From: Priapulus caudatus | Taxonomy: Eukaryota | DNA: 64,000 nucleotides | NCBI RefSeq assembly: GCF_000485595.1 | Contig: NW_014577074.1 | Coordinates: forward strand, 1,247,420-1,311,419 | Direction: 5' to 3' | Shown: one piece after another, positions 63,422 to 64,000 of the stretch | Position numbering within the stretch: position 1 is the first letter of the stretch | How the letters are laid out: the number at the start of each line of letters is the position of its first letter | Made by a program: the position numbers and the translations under genes | Notes under the pieces: model-generated | Told to the model about the DNA's origin: nothing | Seen by the model: the letters and a program-made list of their open reading frames with translations, nothing else | Database searches by the model: none

Positions 63422-64000
63422 TCTAACCTTTCTTTGCTAATTGCTAATTTGCTACTGAAACTTCTTTGGGTGGATTTACTGACTGGCTCGCACTGTGATA
63501 AGATATCATAAAAACAGTAGCTTATTCAGTTAACACCGCAGACAGACGCTCCGTCTCGTTGCCGCGACTGTATACTCTGCTAGATGCACCAGCCGAGGCG
63601 AGCTTTATACATTACAATATATAATTAATATTCACTATCGATAAAAAAAATTCATAATAAAAAACTGTGGGCGGACAGCAAATAAAAAGGTATTCGTGCA
63701 CGCCAACGCTCAATATTGACATCTACAAAATGGCACGTTAGTGTATTCGCTTCGCTAATTGTGGCTTCCGCGACGGCTTGTTTTGCGTTAAGATTCTTTC
63801 TTAACTAATTAGATACAACGTTACTCTGCTGTATTTATCACGTGTAAAAACAAAGAACGAACGGGGATCATTTTCTCTCGATTTTAAATGCAGCCTTAAG
63901 TAATTGATAAATGATGAAGTGCGTATGCAGCTCTTGCGTTGCTGTATGCGCTATAACACCAGTGGCACGCCCATAATTGCACTCGCCGTTTAATTAGCAA

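Overview
This is animal (probably marine invertebrate) genomic DNA with two assembly gaps and some stretches that look error-rich. It contains no prokaryotic features. Two spliced genes sit head-to-head. (1) On the minus strand is an SLC46-family (PCFT-like) MFS transporter. I reconstructed six coding exons by hand: 22442-21533, 21054-20953, 18233-18096, 12712-12629, 9947-9773 (frameshifted) and 9513-9378. (2) On the plus strand is the 5' part of a Nova/pasilla KH-domain splicing factor: exon 1 at 29909-30032, a ~30 kb intron, then the KH1 exon at 59994-60149. The rest is a dense and often nested transposon landscape: a decayed Ty3/Gypsy element, Gypsy and Vingi-like fragments, a solo LTR, an LTR+PBS remnant, two Helentron-type (HINE) elements, Kolobok-, Harbinger-, hAT- and Tc1-like MITEs, and microsatellites. 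The most unusual signal is a set of 12-46 bp palindromes with CA...TG ends and 7-8 bp target duplications that resemble P-element excision footprints. They are stacked and nested just upstream of the Nova start codon and also occur at other promoter-like sites. A second notable signal is a near-perfect 146-bp-arm hairpin in Nova intron 1. Most ORFs in the supplied track are artefacts of repeats or gaps.
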